In this document: positions 1 to 12,305 of the stretch, piece after piece
Layout of the letters: each line of letters begins with the position of its first letter
How positions within the stretch are numbered: the stretch's first letter is position 1
Source: Monocercomonoides exilis PA203
Taxonomy: Eukaryota; Protista; Preaxostyla
DNA: 64,000 bases
Direction: 5' to 3'
Assembly (NCBI GenBank): GCA_001643675.2
Contig: LSRY02000003.1
Coordinates: 2,418,001 to 2,482,000, forward strand
Notes under the pieces: model-generated
Seen by the model: the letters and a program-made list of their open reading frames with translations, nothing else
The model's database searches: none
What the model was told of the DNA's origin: nothing
Position numbers and translations under genes: made by a program

Positions 1-40
1 CATATGTCGCAGCTATGATGATAACGTGCTGCGCACATAT

Positions 41-296
41 GAGTGATAATTTTTGAAATCATATTTTTTCAATCAAAAATTTCTGTTTGAGAATTCACTT
101 TGAATATTGATAAATGAACACTGAAAAGTTGTAACAACATTCAAACATTAAATTTTCTTGAAAATATTCTCAAATATCGTCATTAGAAGCAACTATCTCA
201 CATTTTTCTTTTTAAAGAATAATTCCTCTCTAAAAAAATTAATCCTTTGAAGAATCAACGCTCTGAAAAAAGTTATGATTTCAAAAAGAATTACCC
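41..296. mobile_element. MITE family A copy (~256 bp, Sola-like), TSD ATAT; mirrored at 2041-2296
   Basis: Imperfect TIR GAGTGATAATTTTTGAAATCATA ... TATGATTTCAAAAAGAATTACCC, flanked by ATAT at 37-40 and 297-300. Confidence 0.8.
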
Positions 297-2040
297 ATAT
301 GTTTTTATCTTCCGATTGTTTGAGGAAACTGTGGGAAAAATTGTTTTCAATTTTTGCACATTTCAAGAATCCTGGTCTATTTTGATTGAAACCAATAGAA
401 TTTTTTAGGATTTTTATTTATTCGCTTTATTTTAGGGTTTAACGTATTAATAACTTGCTAGTGTTGAATTCTGTTATTCAAATTTCCAGAATTTTCTTTT
501 TTAATGAATACTTAAACAATTATCAAAAAAGCTCTATTGATATTTGGGAACAGAAAAATGAAATCTATCCAAAGATTATTCGTGTACCCAATAATTAATT
601 TTCAATTATTGAACTGAATATTGTGCATGGTTTTCGATCATGGAATCTATTTTGATCGATCCCAAAAAATAATAATAAATAATTATATCCTAATTGAGTT
701 GTGAAAATATTTTTGCATTTAAGAAAATAATAATACAGTCAAAATCGGATATCATTACATCTGTTTTTTCACAACTTTTTGTGACTATTTCTGATTGTGA
801 TTATATGTGATGTGATATTACACAGAAAAAATTTTTAAATTTTTATTTATTTTATTTATTTTGGACCAGTTTTTTCTTTTCAGAAATTCTTCACAATAAC
901 TCGTTTTTTATCATCAAAAATAGACCTCTGCGACATGACAAGAGAATTTTAAAACAGAGACAAAATAACTGAAAAGATAATGACGATTTGTTAAAAATTG
1001 TAATTTTTAACTTTATTACTATTTTTGATAATGCAAAAATATTATTAATAAATCAACATATGTCAAACTTTTTTGAAAATGTTTATTTTCTTGTTTAATT
1101 TTCAAATATTATTTTAAATATAAATATTAATCATATTTCTGTTCACACTCATGCAAATTTTCAAAAATAGCAAATATAACATTGTTTTGATTTTGTTTTC
1201 ATAACATCGAAATATGAATTTTATATTATGTTTGAAAATTAAACAAGAAAATAAACATTTTCAAAAAAGTTTGACATATGTTGATTTATTAATAATATTT
1301 TTGCATTATCAAAAATAGTAATAAAGTTAAAAATTACAATTTTTAACAAATCGTCATTATCTTTTCAGTTATTTTGTCTCTGTTTTAAAATTCTCTTGTC
1401 ATGTCGCAGAGGTCTATTTTTGATGATAAAAAACGAGTTATTGTGAAGAATTTCTGAAAAGAAAAAACTGGTCCAAAATAAATAAAATAAATAAAAATTT
1501 AAAAATTTTTTCTGTGTAATATCACATCACATATAATCACAATCAGAAATAGTCACAAAAAGTTGTGAAAAAACAGATGTAATGATATCCGATTTTGACT
1601 GTATTATTATTTTCTTAAATGCAAAAATATTTTCACAACTCAATTAGGATATAATTATTTATTATTATTTTTTGGGATCGATCAAAATAGATTCCATGAT
1701 CGAAAACCATGCACAATATTCAGTTCAATAATTGAAAATTAATTATTGGGTACACGAATAATCTTTGGATAGATTTCATTTTTCTGTTCCCAAATATCAA
1801 TAGAGCTTTTTTGATAATTGTTTAAGTATTCATTAAAAAAGAAAATTCTGGAAATTTGAATAACAGAATTCAACACTAGCAAGTTATTAATACGTTAAAC
1901 CCTAAAATAAAGCGAATAAATAAAAATCCTAAAAAATTCTATTGGTTTCAATCAAAATAGACCAGGATTCTTGAAATGTGCAAAAATTGAAAACAATTTT
2001 TCCCACAGTTTCCTCAAACAATCGGAAGATAAAAACATAT

Positions 2041-2296
2041 GGGTAATTCTTTTTGAAATCATAACTTTTTTCAGAGCGTTGATTCTTCAAAGGATTAATT
2101 TTTTTAGAGAGGAATTATTCTTTAAAAAGAAAAATGTGAGATAGTTGCTTCTAATGACGATATTTGAGAATATTTTCAAGAAAATTTAATGTTTGAATGT
2201 TGTTACAACTTTTCAGTGTTCATTTATCAATATTCAAAGTGAATTCTCAAACAGAAATTTTTGATTGAAAAAATATGATTTCAAAAATTATCACTC
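2041..2296. mobile_element. MITE family A copy (palindrome mirror of 41-296)
   Basis: Reverse complement of 41-296, with ATAT on both flanks. Confidence 0.75.
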
Positions 2297-2636
2297 ATAT
2301 GTGCGCAGCACGTTATCATCATAGCTGCGACATATGTTAACTTAGGTCCCGGACGTATCTTGTGCATTAACTATGACTGGAAAGCTTAGAAAAATGAAAT
2401 TTCAAAAACAAAAACCGAAATATTTCTGAGAATAATAAACAAAATAAGGAAAACAAACAGTTAAAGAATTGTATTGAGATGGTGAAAGCGGTTCGTTAAA
2501 GTGCTGAAAGCCATTCGGAGCTTTTCAGAAGTTGGCTAACGAAAACAGAAAAAAGTGCCAATTAAGAAAAAATTTCCATTAAAAAGAAAATCCTTTTCGG
2601 GTTTATAAAATACGCTATTTCAATTTTTATGTATTT

Positions 2637-2893
2637 GGGTGATTATTTTTGAAATCATATTTATTCTTTAATAATTTTCGGTTTGAAAATTTCTTTTGAA
2701 TGTCAACAAATGAACACTGAAAAGTGAACAGACATATTCAAGACTTCTTGATTTTTATTTCAGATCATTCATTTGTTTTTGAAACAGTTGTGATAATTTT
2801 AGCATTTGAATACAAAATCTCTTCCCAAAGGAAAGAAAAACCTTTGAAAAATCAATACCCCGAAAATAATTATGATTTCAAAAATAATGACCC
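2637..2893. mobile_element. MITE family A copy, TSD ATTT
   Basis: GGGTGATTATTTTTGAAATCATA ... TATGATTTCAAAAATAATGACCC, with ATTT at 2633-2636 and 2894-2897. Interior is homologous to 41-296 (AAATGAACACTGAAAAGT). Confidence 0.85.
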
Positions 2894-3619
2894 ATTTTGT
2901 GAAAGAAATAGTTCAAGCAGATAAAACACGAATTAAAAATGGAGATGCGTTTTTTGCGTGATAATGAAACAAGCTATTCAACAAACTACATTTTTTTTCA
3001 AAAAAAAAATTATTTTTTATTTTGCTTTTGAAATGTTAAAAAAAGAAAAACAGAGAAATGAAGTTTTGAAAGTTAAAAATTGATTTAAAAAATATGAAAG
3101 TCTGAAGTTTTATATCAGCAAACATATTCAAAGTCATTAGCTCAAAACATTCTTTGAAAGACAAGTTAATTATGTATTTTTTCAGTTCCTTTCATAACTG
3201 AAGTTTTTTTTAAAAGAAAAACAATAAATAAGTCCGCAATATCAATGCTTTATCTTTCTTTAAAGTTTGCTATATGATATTTAACGGATTTGCTCCAAAG
3301 GATATTCAAGATGAAAATTTAGAGGTTCTTATTAAATGAAAAATAATTCCACAAATAACTTGCCCTTTTAAAAGACATTGCATATTTTATGTTCCCGGTC
3401 TCTTTCTTTTCATATTGCATCGCTAATCCATTCACAAACAAATTCTCAAGAAAAATTACTCATTGGAGTTGTATATTCTTTGTTTTTGATTATCAATCAT
3501 ATTTAAAAAAATGAATATCAAAAATTTTGTTCAATTCATACAAATTTCTGTTATTTTTCTGTTTCAGTATTCTTTCTCTTTCCTTCATGTCCATCGCTTA
3601 CACTCATCCAGCATAGTCC

Positions 3620-5849
3620 CGTTAACAGTATCATCATCCCCTCTCTCAACAGCCCATCCACATCCCTCTCTGCCTTCAATGCCTCTTTCCTCCACCAAAC
3701 ACGCTCTTCACCAAATGCTGCTGTTGAACACATTGGAACTGAATCTCAAAGAGAGAAACCTGGTAGACTGACTTCGTTTGATGTTGAAAGTCATCGCTTC
3801 GAGTGGTGTGAATGGAATAATTCAAATGGTGGAACTAGCCATGGAGGCGCACTTTATGTTAATTGCGTTAATGCAAACCTCACAATCATTTCGTGTTCAT
3901 TCAATAAATGCTCATCCAATGATCATGCTGGAGCGTTATATTGCGGAAATTTGCTGAAAATAAATGTCACAAAATCCAATTTCACAAGTTGTTCGGCATT
4001 ACATGGAGGTGCAGCACACTTGTACTATCCTCAATCCAATTCTGTTTGGAAATTTTCAGAAAATATAGTGGAAAGTTGTTCAATAACATATTGGTGTGGA
4101 ACTGGCTGGTATTTCTGGCTCAATGATATGCCATCAAATGCTCAATTCTTGTTCACAAACTGCAAGTGCATCGCAAATTCTGGCAACGATTCAACTGGCT
4201 CTCTCACGTTTCATTGGCCTCCGAATAACAAGCCCAACCTGTTTTCAATCGTTGAGTGTCAGTTCATCAATAACAAATTAACTTCTTCTTCCACATGGGG
4301 CGGAGCCGGAATATACTTTGATGGAACTTACTCTTGGATGAATGGAATAAAATTCATCACATTCTGTTTCTTCGATGGCAACACTGCGACGAATGGCAGA
4401 GGAAATGATGTGTTCTTCAATGGCAGCAGCATCACCCAATCCCCATTTGAGAATTGTGGCTCAACAACCCTATCGAAAAGGGTCTGGAATAACAATACAG
4501 CTGACAATGCTGTGTACAATGGCTGGCTCCCCCTAATCGCACAGAACAAAGTCGTTGCAAATGGTGGAACTGATGTCGATATCTGTGGCAGACCCCAACA
4601 GACCCCATGTGCCACCATCGAGTATGCCCTCACTGGCTTCATTTCCCTCCTCCAAGACGCCTCCCTCACCCTCCTCAGTTCAACATTTGTTCCAACTCAA
4701 ACACTCACTTTCAGCGCGGTTGATACCATAATCACTGGAAATGGCACAACTGCCACCACCATCGCCTCCAGTGGCATTCCCCAACCACCAATCTCATATT
4801 CACAGTCATCACAATCAACGTCATCATTTTCATCATTTTCATCTGCATCTTCTTCACCAGATCCATCTGCCTCGTCTGCCCTCTTCCAACAGATCCAGGG
4901 CTTCCTCACAGTCTCTGCCCTCGCCATCGCCCACAACTCCTCAAATCAAATCACCCCCATCCTCTTCCACCTCTCCGGTAACTCCCCTTCCCTCAACCTC
5001 AACACAACCACCATCACAGGAACAACCTCCATAACAATAAAAACTCCCCTCTTCTTCCTCACTGCTGGCTCCCTCGCCCTCAACCACACAGCAATCACCA
5101 GTCTCACCCTCAGCAGCCAAAGCATCTTCCACCTCACCTCCCTCACCGCTCCCCTCACCCTCAACTCCTCCAACATCACCCACATCATCTCCACTGCCGC
5201 CCCCACCAGCTGTGTCCTCTCCTCTGCCACCTCCCCTGCCCTCTCCCTCTCCCTCGCCAACTGCACCATCACCAACATCAACTCAGCTCCGCAAAACCAA
5301 CAGACTGCCACCAATGGCGGATGCATCTCATTCGCCTCATCTGCCTCTGCCAACTCATTTTCTGTGAGTGATTCCACCTTCTCCAGCTGCTCTGTGAGCG
5401 AGGATACAAGTTCTGGAGGAAGAGGCGGTGCTCTCATGATCGAGTACAAGGATGATTCACAAGTGTCAGAATCCTCCTTTTCCGTCGCCAATATCGTGTT
5501 TTCAGCCAACAAGGCCTGTGTCGGAAGAGATATGTATTTTGTGTGTAAATCATTTGTCGCTTCTGTGAAAGAGCCCTTGTTCGCCTTCATGAGAAGCATC
5601 ACTCAGAAAGACAACTCGGCTGTTGGACATGACAGAACAGAAGCACTTGGCGATTGGGATGTCGACTCATTCATATTTCTCAACGGGTATACAGCTGACA
5701 ATGCATGTGTGGATAGAATACTTGGCATCAAAGAAATGTATTGCTGGCTATCAAAGATGTCCTGCAAGAGCACACGCAATGCGATGGGTCTTCTGAAGAA
5801 GGTGCAGATCATAAGGCAGAAATCATTTCATCAGCTGACTTGTCGGTGA
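3620..5849 (+). pseudogene. Beta-helix family copy A: 5'-truncated open frame with core plus C-terminal Ser/Thr-rich extension
   Basis: Frame open from ~3507 with no ATG before the core. Motifs LNSPSTSLSAFN, EWCEWN, repeated GGA/FxxC, NGRGNDVFF and CGRPQQTPCATIEYAL. The 3' end looks degenerate after ~5650. Confidence 0.75.
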
Positions 5850-5899
5850 ATTTATGTGCAAGTGACGGTAAAATCGAAGAAAGTTGGGGAGATGGCACA

Positions 5900-6900
5900 C
5901 AAAATTGAAGAAAACATCTCATTTTTGCATTTGATGAAATCAACATTGCCTGTCGGGCATTTATTCTCTTCTTTCATAGAATTATCCATTAAATTTGCCT
6001 TTTCAAATAAATAAGTTTCCCTCATCGTTTCATCTTCTGAGACTTTTTGAAGGCATGTGGCCTTGCGAAATCTCTCGAAAACCATCCTTGCAACTGTTTG
6101 TTCAAAGAAATCTTTTCCAATCTTGTTCCTTCTTCTTCCTGTAATTCTTTCAATCTCAAAATAAATAATGCAGAGGCAACCTTCATGGATTGTGTGCCCG
6201 ATGATCGGCTATTCTTGATTTGACATTGAACCATTTCATTTGTAAAATAATTTTTAAAGATATTCCGTAAAACAACAAATATGCCTTTTATCTTTCTGAG
6301 TAAGAATGAAAGATGATGCTCGGCCCTGGATTTAACGGGAGTTGAATGAAATAGAAATAGGAATATTTTTAATTCGTTCATCGAAGAAGGCGTTGAAGAA
6401 GAAAAGGAGGGTCACAATTGTTGAAATGAAGATAGATGCTGTGCGAATGTGTGAACGAATGAGGAAGAATGAAGTTGAAGTTGAAGAAGGGGACGAAAGA
6501 GACGAAGAAGAGGAAGAAATGGTTGAGTGAAGAAGATTTTGTGTGTTTTTGGCTATGCGATTCATAACAGGCGTGCTTGTCGCTGAATAAACAGGTGAAT
6601 TGTGAGAAGGCGAATTTTGTGTTTGTAAATCAAGAAATGAGGAAGATGGTTGATTGAATGAAGGAGGATTATCTGAAGAAGAAGATGATGATCCCACGAT
6701 GACCACGAAGATGAAGTTCAAGTCGAAAAAATGTGAATATATGTGGTAATAGGGAAATGCGCAATCAGTCAATTGACATTCCTAAAGAAGACGTTGAGAT
6801 TAATTTGGGTGAAGTCGTTGATTGGGCCAAATATCGAATTCAATAAGTTGATTTGACAAAGAGCAAACAATCGTTATCGAAATATTTGTTGAAGGCCGAA
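5900..6900 (-). pseudogene. Degenerate companion gene/repeat convergent with the beta-helix copy; also at 10100-11200 (+), 17450-18400 (-) and 38340-39560 (-)
   Basis: Shared block like TTCATTCAACTCCCGT.AAAT.CAGGGCC.AGC.TCATCTTTCATTCTTACTCAGAAAGA, more diverged in the 38-39 kb copy. Frames are interrupted by stops. Confidence 0.5.
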
Positions 6901-7419
6901 GAAAATTAATTGATGAAAGATGACATCCTCAGTTCGTTTCTGCCTTTTTGAAATTGTTCTGCGCTTCACTGAGAAACCAAAAATGAAAATATTTCTTAAT
7001 TTCCTTTCCTTTCCATTCCCCTCTTCCATTCAACCCCCAAAATCATCAGAAAATATCATCCCTTCCTTTTCTTTATCTTTCCCATTCTCTTCCATAAAAT
7101 CTTTTCTTTTAAAAAAACACCCTTTTCCATTTGAACACTTCAGAATATTCTTCTTCTTTCAAGCTTTTGCCCTCTTTTCCTTTTTTTCAAATTCCATATC
7201 TCCAATCAACAATAATCACCTTCTTTATCGTCCCCAACTTTTTCTCTACATATTTTCTACATTTTCCTCTACAAATCTCTCCCTATCCTTCCCCACCCCC
7301 TTTGTCTCAGAATTTCTTTCATTCAAAAATCATTCTTGAAGCATTAACATTCTCAAAAATATACTCAACCCCCACCTTCTCTCACAAATAATCCTCTTCC
7401 ATCACTTGTATACGCCTTA

Positions 7420-8500
7420 TCCCTCATGTGCCTGGTGTTGATGAAATAAACGTGATATACTTCTTTGGGTGGTTGAGAATATTATTAAAGGAGAGGATCA
7501 TGAGAAAAACAAAAAAAACACATCCTGACAGGCAACACAATGTGTACGGGCTGAAAAGACCCTCCAGTAGGATACACGATGTATTTTGTGGAGGTGCATT
7601 CAGTGCTGAAATTTGACCATTCTGAGACTGAAATAAAGAGATTGGTTTTTTGAATGATGTTGGCTGTGGAAATGAGGCTGTTTGGCAAAAAACAGTCGAA
7701 GCGCAGTTTGGTCTTTATTTATTTTCTATATATGAATATTTATCTGTTGATTGTTTTTGTGTTTCTTTCAGGGCAGGAGGTGGAAATGAATGAAAATGAA
7801 TGAAAGCGGGATATCTTGTTGTGCAGGGTGACCACAGAGTTGGGAGAGCGAATTCATATGGAAAGTGCCCAGGGTGAAGGGATTGGGAAGGGAATTGGAG
7901 ATGATATTTTCAGATGAGAAATAGGATTATTTTCAATGATGAGAATGGAATTTGAGCAAAATGCATAAATCTCACATTTTTCAGAAGGACCAGAAATCGA
8001 TGCATTTGATGGATAAATGACTTATGGAAAGGATGGTTTGCGAATCAGATGATGAAACATTCGAAAACGAAAGGAATAATGAAATTGATAAAGAAAACAG
8101 GTGCCAACGGGATAAAATATAGTTATTGACTTGAGCATTGGTTCTGAAGGTTTGCTGATATATTTTTTGAAGTGATTGTTATTTTGTTTTTAAGAATGCT
8201 GAAAGAATGAGGGATTAGGTGGCTTTGAAGAAGAAAGAGAAAAGCAGGGAAGGAAAAATACAGACAGACATATGAAATTCAAGATATTTCGAAGATGCCT
8301 GGCATTAACCTTTGGCAAAGAATTATTTTTGAGGGAAGATGTTTTGAGTGAAAAAAGGGAAACGAAAAATTGAAAGAAATGGAATGAAAAAGAGATTGAC
8401 GCGTGCTTAGTATTTATTGTTGGAGAGAGAGAAAGAGATTGAGCTGAAAGTGAAAAGGATTCAGATGTTTCTCCTCTGCAGAAGAAAAAGAAACAGAAGA
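7420..8500 (+). pseudogene. Degenerate coding-like segment with an apparent GT-AG intron; duplicate at ~18970-20060
   Basis: Coding-like composition, GTTTGG...TTTCAG intron-like block at ~7706-7770, and many stops or frameshifts in both copies. Confidence 0.3.
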
Positions 8501-8960
8501 AGAGAATTTCAATGAATTTCTACGTTGATATTTATTGACTCCCATCTTCTCAATTTTCAACAATTAATCGTCTCATTCAATCCATTCATCATCATTACCA
8601 TCTTCTTCTTCTTCTTCTTCTTCAAATATATCAACAACATTTCACACAGCTTCTTCTTCATTATCATCATTCACATCATCTGATTGATTTTCTTCATGAT
8701 CTGTTTCATCATCAGAGATCATGAATGAAATGAAGAAAAAGAAGAAAATTTGCAGCTGAAGGAAATACTCTCAAATTAAAATGAGAAAAAGAAAGAGAAA
8801 GAAGAGGAGAAAGAGAAAGAGGGCTTTTGAATGAAAGGAAGAAGATATTTTTGATTTGAAATTTGAGTTGGGAGTTGAATTTGAAAGGAGAAGAAAGAAC
8901 TGTCAAAACAAAGAAAAGTATTTGGATAAATAGAGGATAAATTTGAAAAGTGGAACAACA

Positions 8961-10067
8961 TCAAGCAAGATGATGAGACGTAGAAGAAATCAAAAACATG
9001 TTAAGAGAAGAAAATAGAAAAGGCAAAAATGGATGGAAAAGAGAAGATAGTGAGAAAGGAATTCCATTGGAAGAATATGAAAAGAAAAGCCAAAACCTGT
9101 CATTTTTCTCAACGTTATCAGCAGTACCAGCTTTCCACACTCTTTTTGTTGGGGTTGTTGAATCACAATTCTCAAACGGAGATTGGGTGATGGCATTACC
9201 ACTGAAGAACACATCGTTTCCCCTGCCATTTGTGGCTGCGTTGCCATCGAAGAAACAGAATGTGATGAATTTTACTCCACTCATCCAGGAAAAAGGAGGA
9301 TAAAAACACATTGCGGCACCTCCATATGTGGAAGAGGCAGTCAGATTGTTGTTTATGAAGTGGCAATCATTGATTGAATACTGACTTGGTTTGTTGCTTG
9401 GAGGATGATAAAATGTGAGAGAACCAGCTGCATCTCCACCAGAGTTTGAAATGCACTTGCATTTGGAAAACAAGAATTGACCGTTTTCTGGGAAATAATA
9501 CATATTAAAATACCAGCCAGTTCCACACCAATCAGTTATTGAACAATTTTCCACTCTGTTTTCCGAGAATGACCAATCAGAATTTGATTGAGGAGCCCAA
9601 GAAGTGACTGCTCCACCATGAGCAGCTGAACAGCTGGTGAAGTTGGATTTTTCAATGTTTAATTTCAATAGTTGCCCACAGTATAATGCTCCTGCTTCCC
9701 CAGTAGTTGAACAATTGCGAAAAGAACAAGATTCTATTGTGAGATTTGCGTTTGTGCAGTTAACTATCAGCGCACCTCCCCAGGCACTTCCGCTATTAGA
9801 ATCATTCCACTCGCACCATTCAAAGCGATGGCTGTTCTCATCAAATGAAGTCAGTCTTCCAGGTGATTTTCTGTGAGTTTCATTTCCTACATATACAACA
9901 GCAGCATTTGGTGAAGAGCGTGTTTGGTGGAGGAAAGAGGCATTGAAGGCAGAGAGGGAAGTTGATGGGCTGTTGAGGTTGGGGAGGATGGCGCCATCGA
10001 TAGGGTTGTGGGTGAAGACAAAGATGGTTGAGTAGATGGAGAAGGAGGGATTGGAGGATTCTTCTTG
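8961..10067 (-). pseudogene. Beta-helix family copy B: ATG-less open core cassette; family homology ends ~9105 (ADNVEKN)
   Basis: Manual translation is open from the TGA at ~10068 through THNPIDGAILPNLN, EWCEWN and GRGNDVFF. No ATG before the core. Confidence 0.75.
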
Positions 10068-11205
10068 TCAGAAGAGCACGGAAACAAAGTTGAAAAACAA
10101 GAAATAACGATTTCAGCGAAACTCTCTGTTCAATTTGTTATCGTTCATTTCCGCAAATCTCGACCATCAATCAACTTGTTCTATTCGTTCATCATCCTCG
10201 TCTTCGTCTTCGTCGTCTTCGTCGTCTTCTCCTCCTCCTCCTTCTTCTTCTTTTCTTCTTCTTTTCTTCTTCTTCTTTTTCTTCACATTTTTAGTCTTCT
10301 TCATTAATATTTTTTCTCACTCCCTTCTGGGTCAGAGCATCGATCTTCAAATGCATTTATGCTATTCAATTCTGCAGAGCTACCAAATTAAGCCGAAAAT
10401 TGTTTCATTTCCTTTCCTTCGTCTCTGCAGTCAATCGATAAAAGAGCTTTCTTTTCATTTTTCAATCACGATTCCGACGAAGAAAATAAACTATCTGCTC
10501 AAATTCAGCTCATTTCATTTCCGTTGCATTCTTCTTCGATTTCTTTGATGATCAACAAAAATGATACTGTTTTTTTCATTTCATTCAACTCCCGTCAAAT
10601 TCAGGGCCAAGCCTCATCTTTCATTCTTACTCAGAAAGACAAAAGGATTATTCATTCTTTCACAGAATAACAGCTAATGTTATTTTACAAAGGAAATTGT
10701 TCAATGTTTAACCAAGAGAAGCTGATCATCAGGCATTCAACAGAAAACGGAGATTGAATCTGACTTTTTTGATTTTGAAGATCAAGCATCTGAAGTGAAA
10801 AGGAATGGGCATTGAAGCAATTCATTTATGAAATGGATGTGTTCCTAAATAGCCTTCTGCAGATTACACAGATACGAAACTGGAGCAAATTGTTGAAAAT
10901 GAAAAGAAAAGGAAAATTTAGAAGAGCATGTTGATATGCCTGAAGAAATCCTATTTGAAGAGATGAAAGCGATGAATCTTTTTTCTTGAGCTCAATTCAT
11001 ATTTGATGAAAAGGAGAAAATAGAGGAAGAAACGAAGAAGAAATGTTTTTATTTGAGCTGATGTTATGCTTTTTGAAAAAATAAGCGATGATATAGACTT
11101 CAAATGAAAAGAAGATGAAATCTCAAGAAATTTTCAAAGATATGGAAAATGGTGAAAATTGGAAACTGGTTGGAATTTTAATGAAATTACAAATAGGATA
11201 TAATT

Positions 11206-12305
11206 TCAAGTGATTTTTGTGTCAACCTCGCTGAAAGTGAGTGTTTGAGTTGGAACAAATATTGAGGAGAGGAGGGTGAGGGAGGCGTCTTGGGGATCTG
11301 TCATGCGAACAAGAGCGTGTTCTATTGTTTTGCATGGACTGAGTTGTGTGATTCCGCAGAGATCGGTGTTTGTCCCATTATTTGACACGATTTTGAATGT
11401 TGTTATGAGAGGAAGCCATCTGTTAAACTCAACATCATCAGCAGTTCCTGAATTCCAGACTCTTTTTGCTTGGGTTGTTGATCCACACTGATTGAATGGT
11501 GATTGGGTGATGCTGCTGCCATTGAAGAACACATCATTCCCTCTTCCATTTGCAGCTGTGTTTCCATCGAAGAAGCAGAATGTGATGAATCTAATTTCAT
11601 TCATCCAAACATATGTCCTGGTGCAATGAATGCCAGCGCCACCATAAATGGATGAAGCATTCAGTTTATTATTTAAGAACTGGCACTCTTGGAGCAAGCA
11701 CTGTTTTGGCTTTTCAGGTGGAAGCCAATTGAATGAGATTGCACCAGTCGCATCACCGCCAGTATTTGCAATGCAAACACAATTTTTGAATAGGAATTGA
11801 CTGTCTGATGTCATGTTATCGAGAACGATTTCCCAGCCTATGCTCCGCCAGTCTGTAATCGAGCATCTTTCGACTCTGTTTTGTTGAATTGTCCAAACAG
11901 AACTGGGTTGGGACCAGCCAACATAAGCAGCTCCGGCATGTGCAGCTGAGCAACTTGTGAAATTGGATTTTGCGATGTTGATATTCAACAAACTATGACA
12001 ATGCAACGCTCCGCCATATTCATTTGTTGAACAATTGAAGAATGAACACGACGTGATTGTGAGGTTAGCATTTGTACAAGTTACTGAAAGTGCTCCTCCA
12101 TTATTATTTCCTCCGCTGATTGAATTATTCCACTCACACCACTCAAAAAGATAGCTATTCAATTCTGTAAAGGATAATCTTCCAGGTGACTTTCTGTAAG
12201 TTTCATTTCCAATTTCCTTCACAGGATCATTTGGTAAAGATCGAGTTTGGTGAAGAAAAGAAGCATTGAAGGCAGAGAGAGAAGTGGATGGGCTGTTGAG
12301 GGAAG
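11206..12305 (-). pseudogene. Beta-helix family copy C: ATG-less open core cassette, the most divergent
   Basis: Homology runs from LNSPSTSLSAFN to FSEVDTKIT*. The ORF-track start is TTG in non-homologous sequence. Confidence 0.75.

Larger units (their letters stand above)
1..2336. repeat. Long palindrome: arms 1-1106 and 1231-2336 with a 124-bp spacer; may extend left of the window
   Basis: 1-60 is the exact reverse complement of 2277-2336. Spot checks along the arms match, with coordinate sum 2337. Symmetry breaks at 1107/1230. Confidence 0.95.
3630..10040. repeat. ~6.4 kb segmental direct duplication, unit 1 (copy A, spacer, convergent copy B); unit 2 at ~15130-21640
   Basis: 4850-6470 is nearly identical to 16405-18030, including an identical 119-aa ORF at 6022-6381 and 17575-17934. 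7000-8700 is homologous to 18530-20260. Confidence 0.9.
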
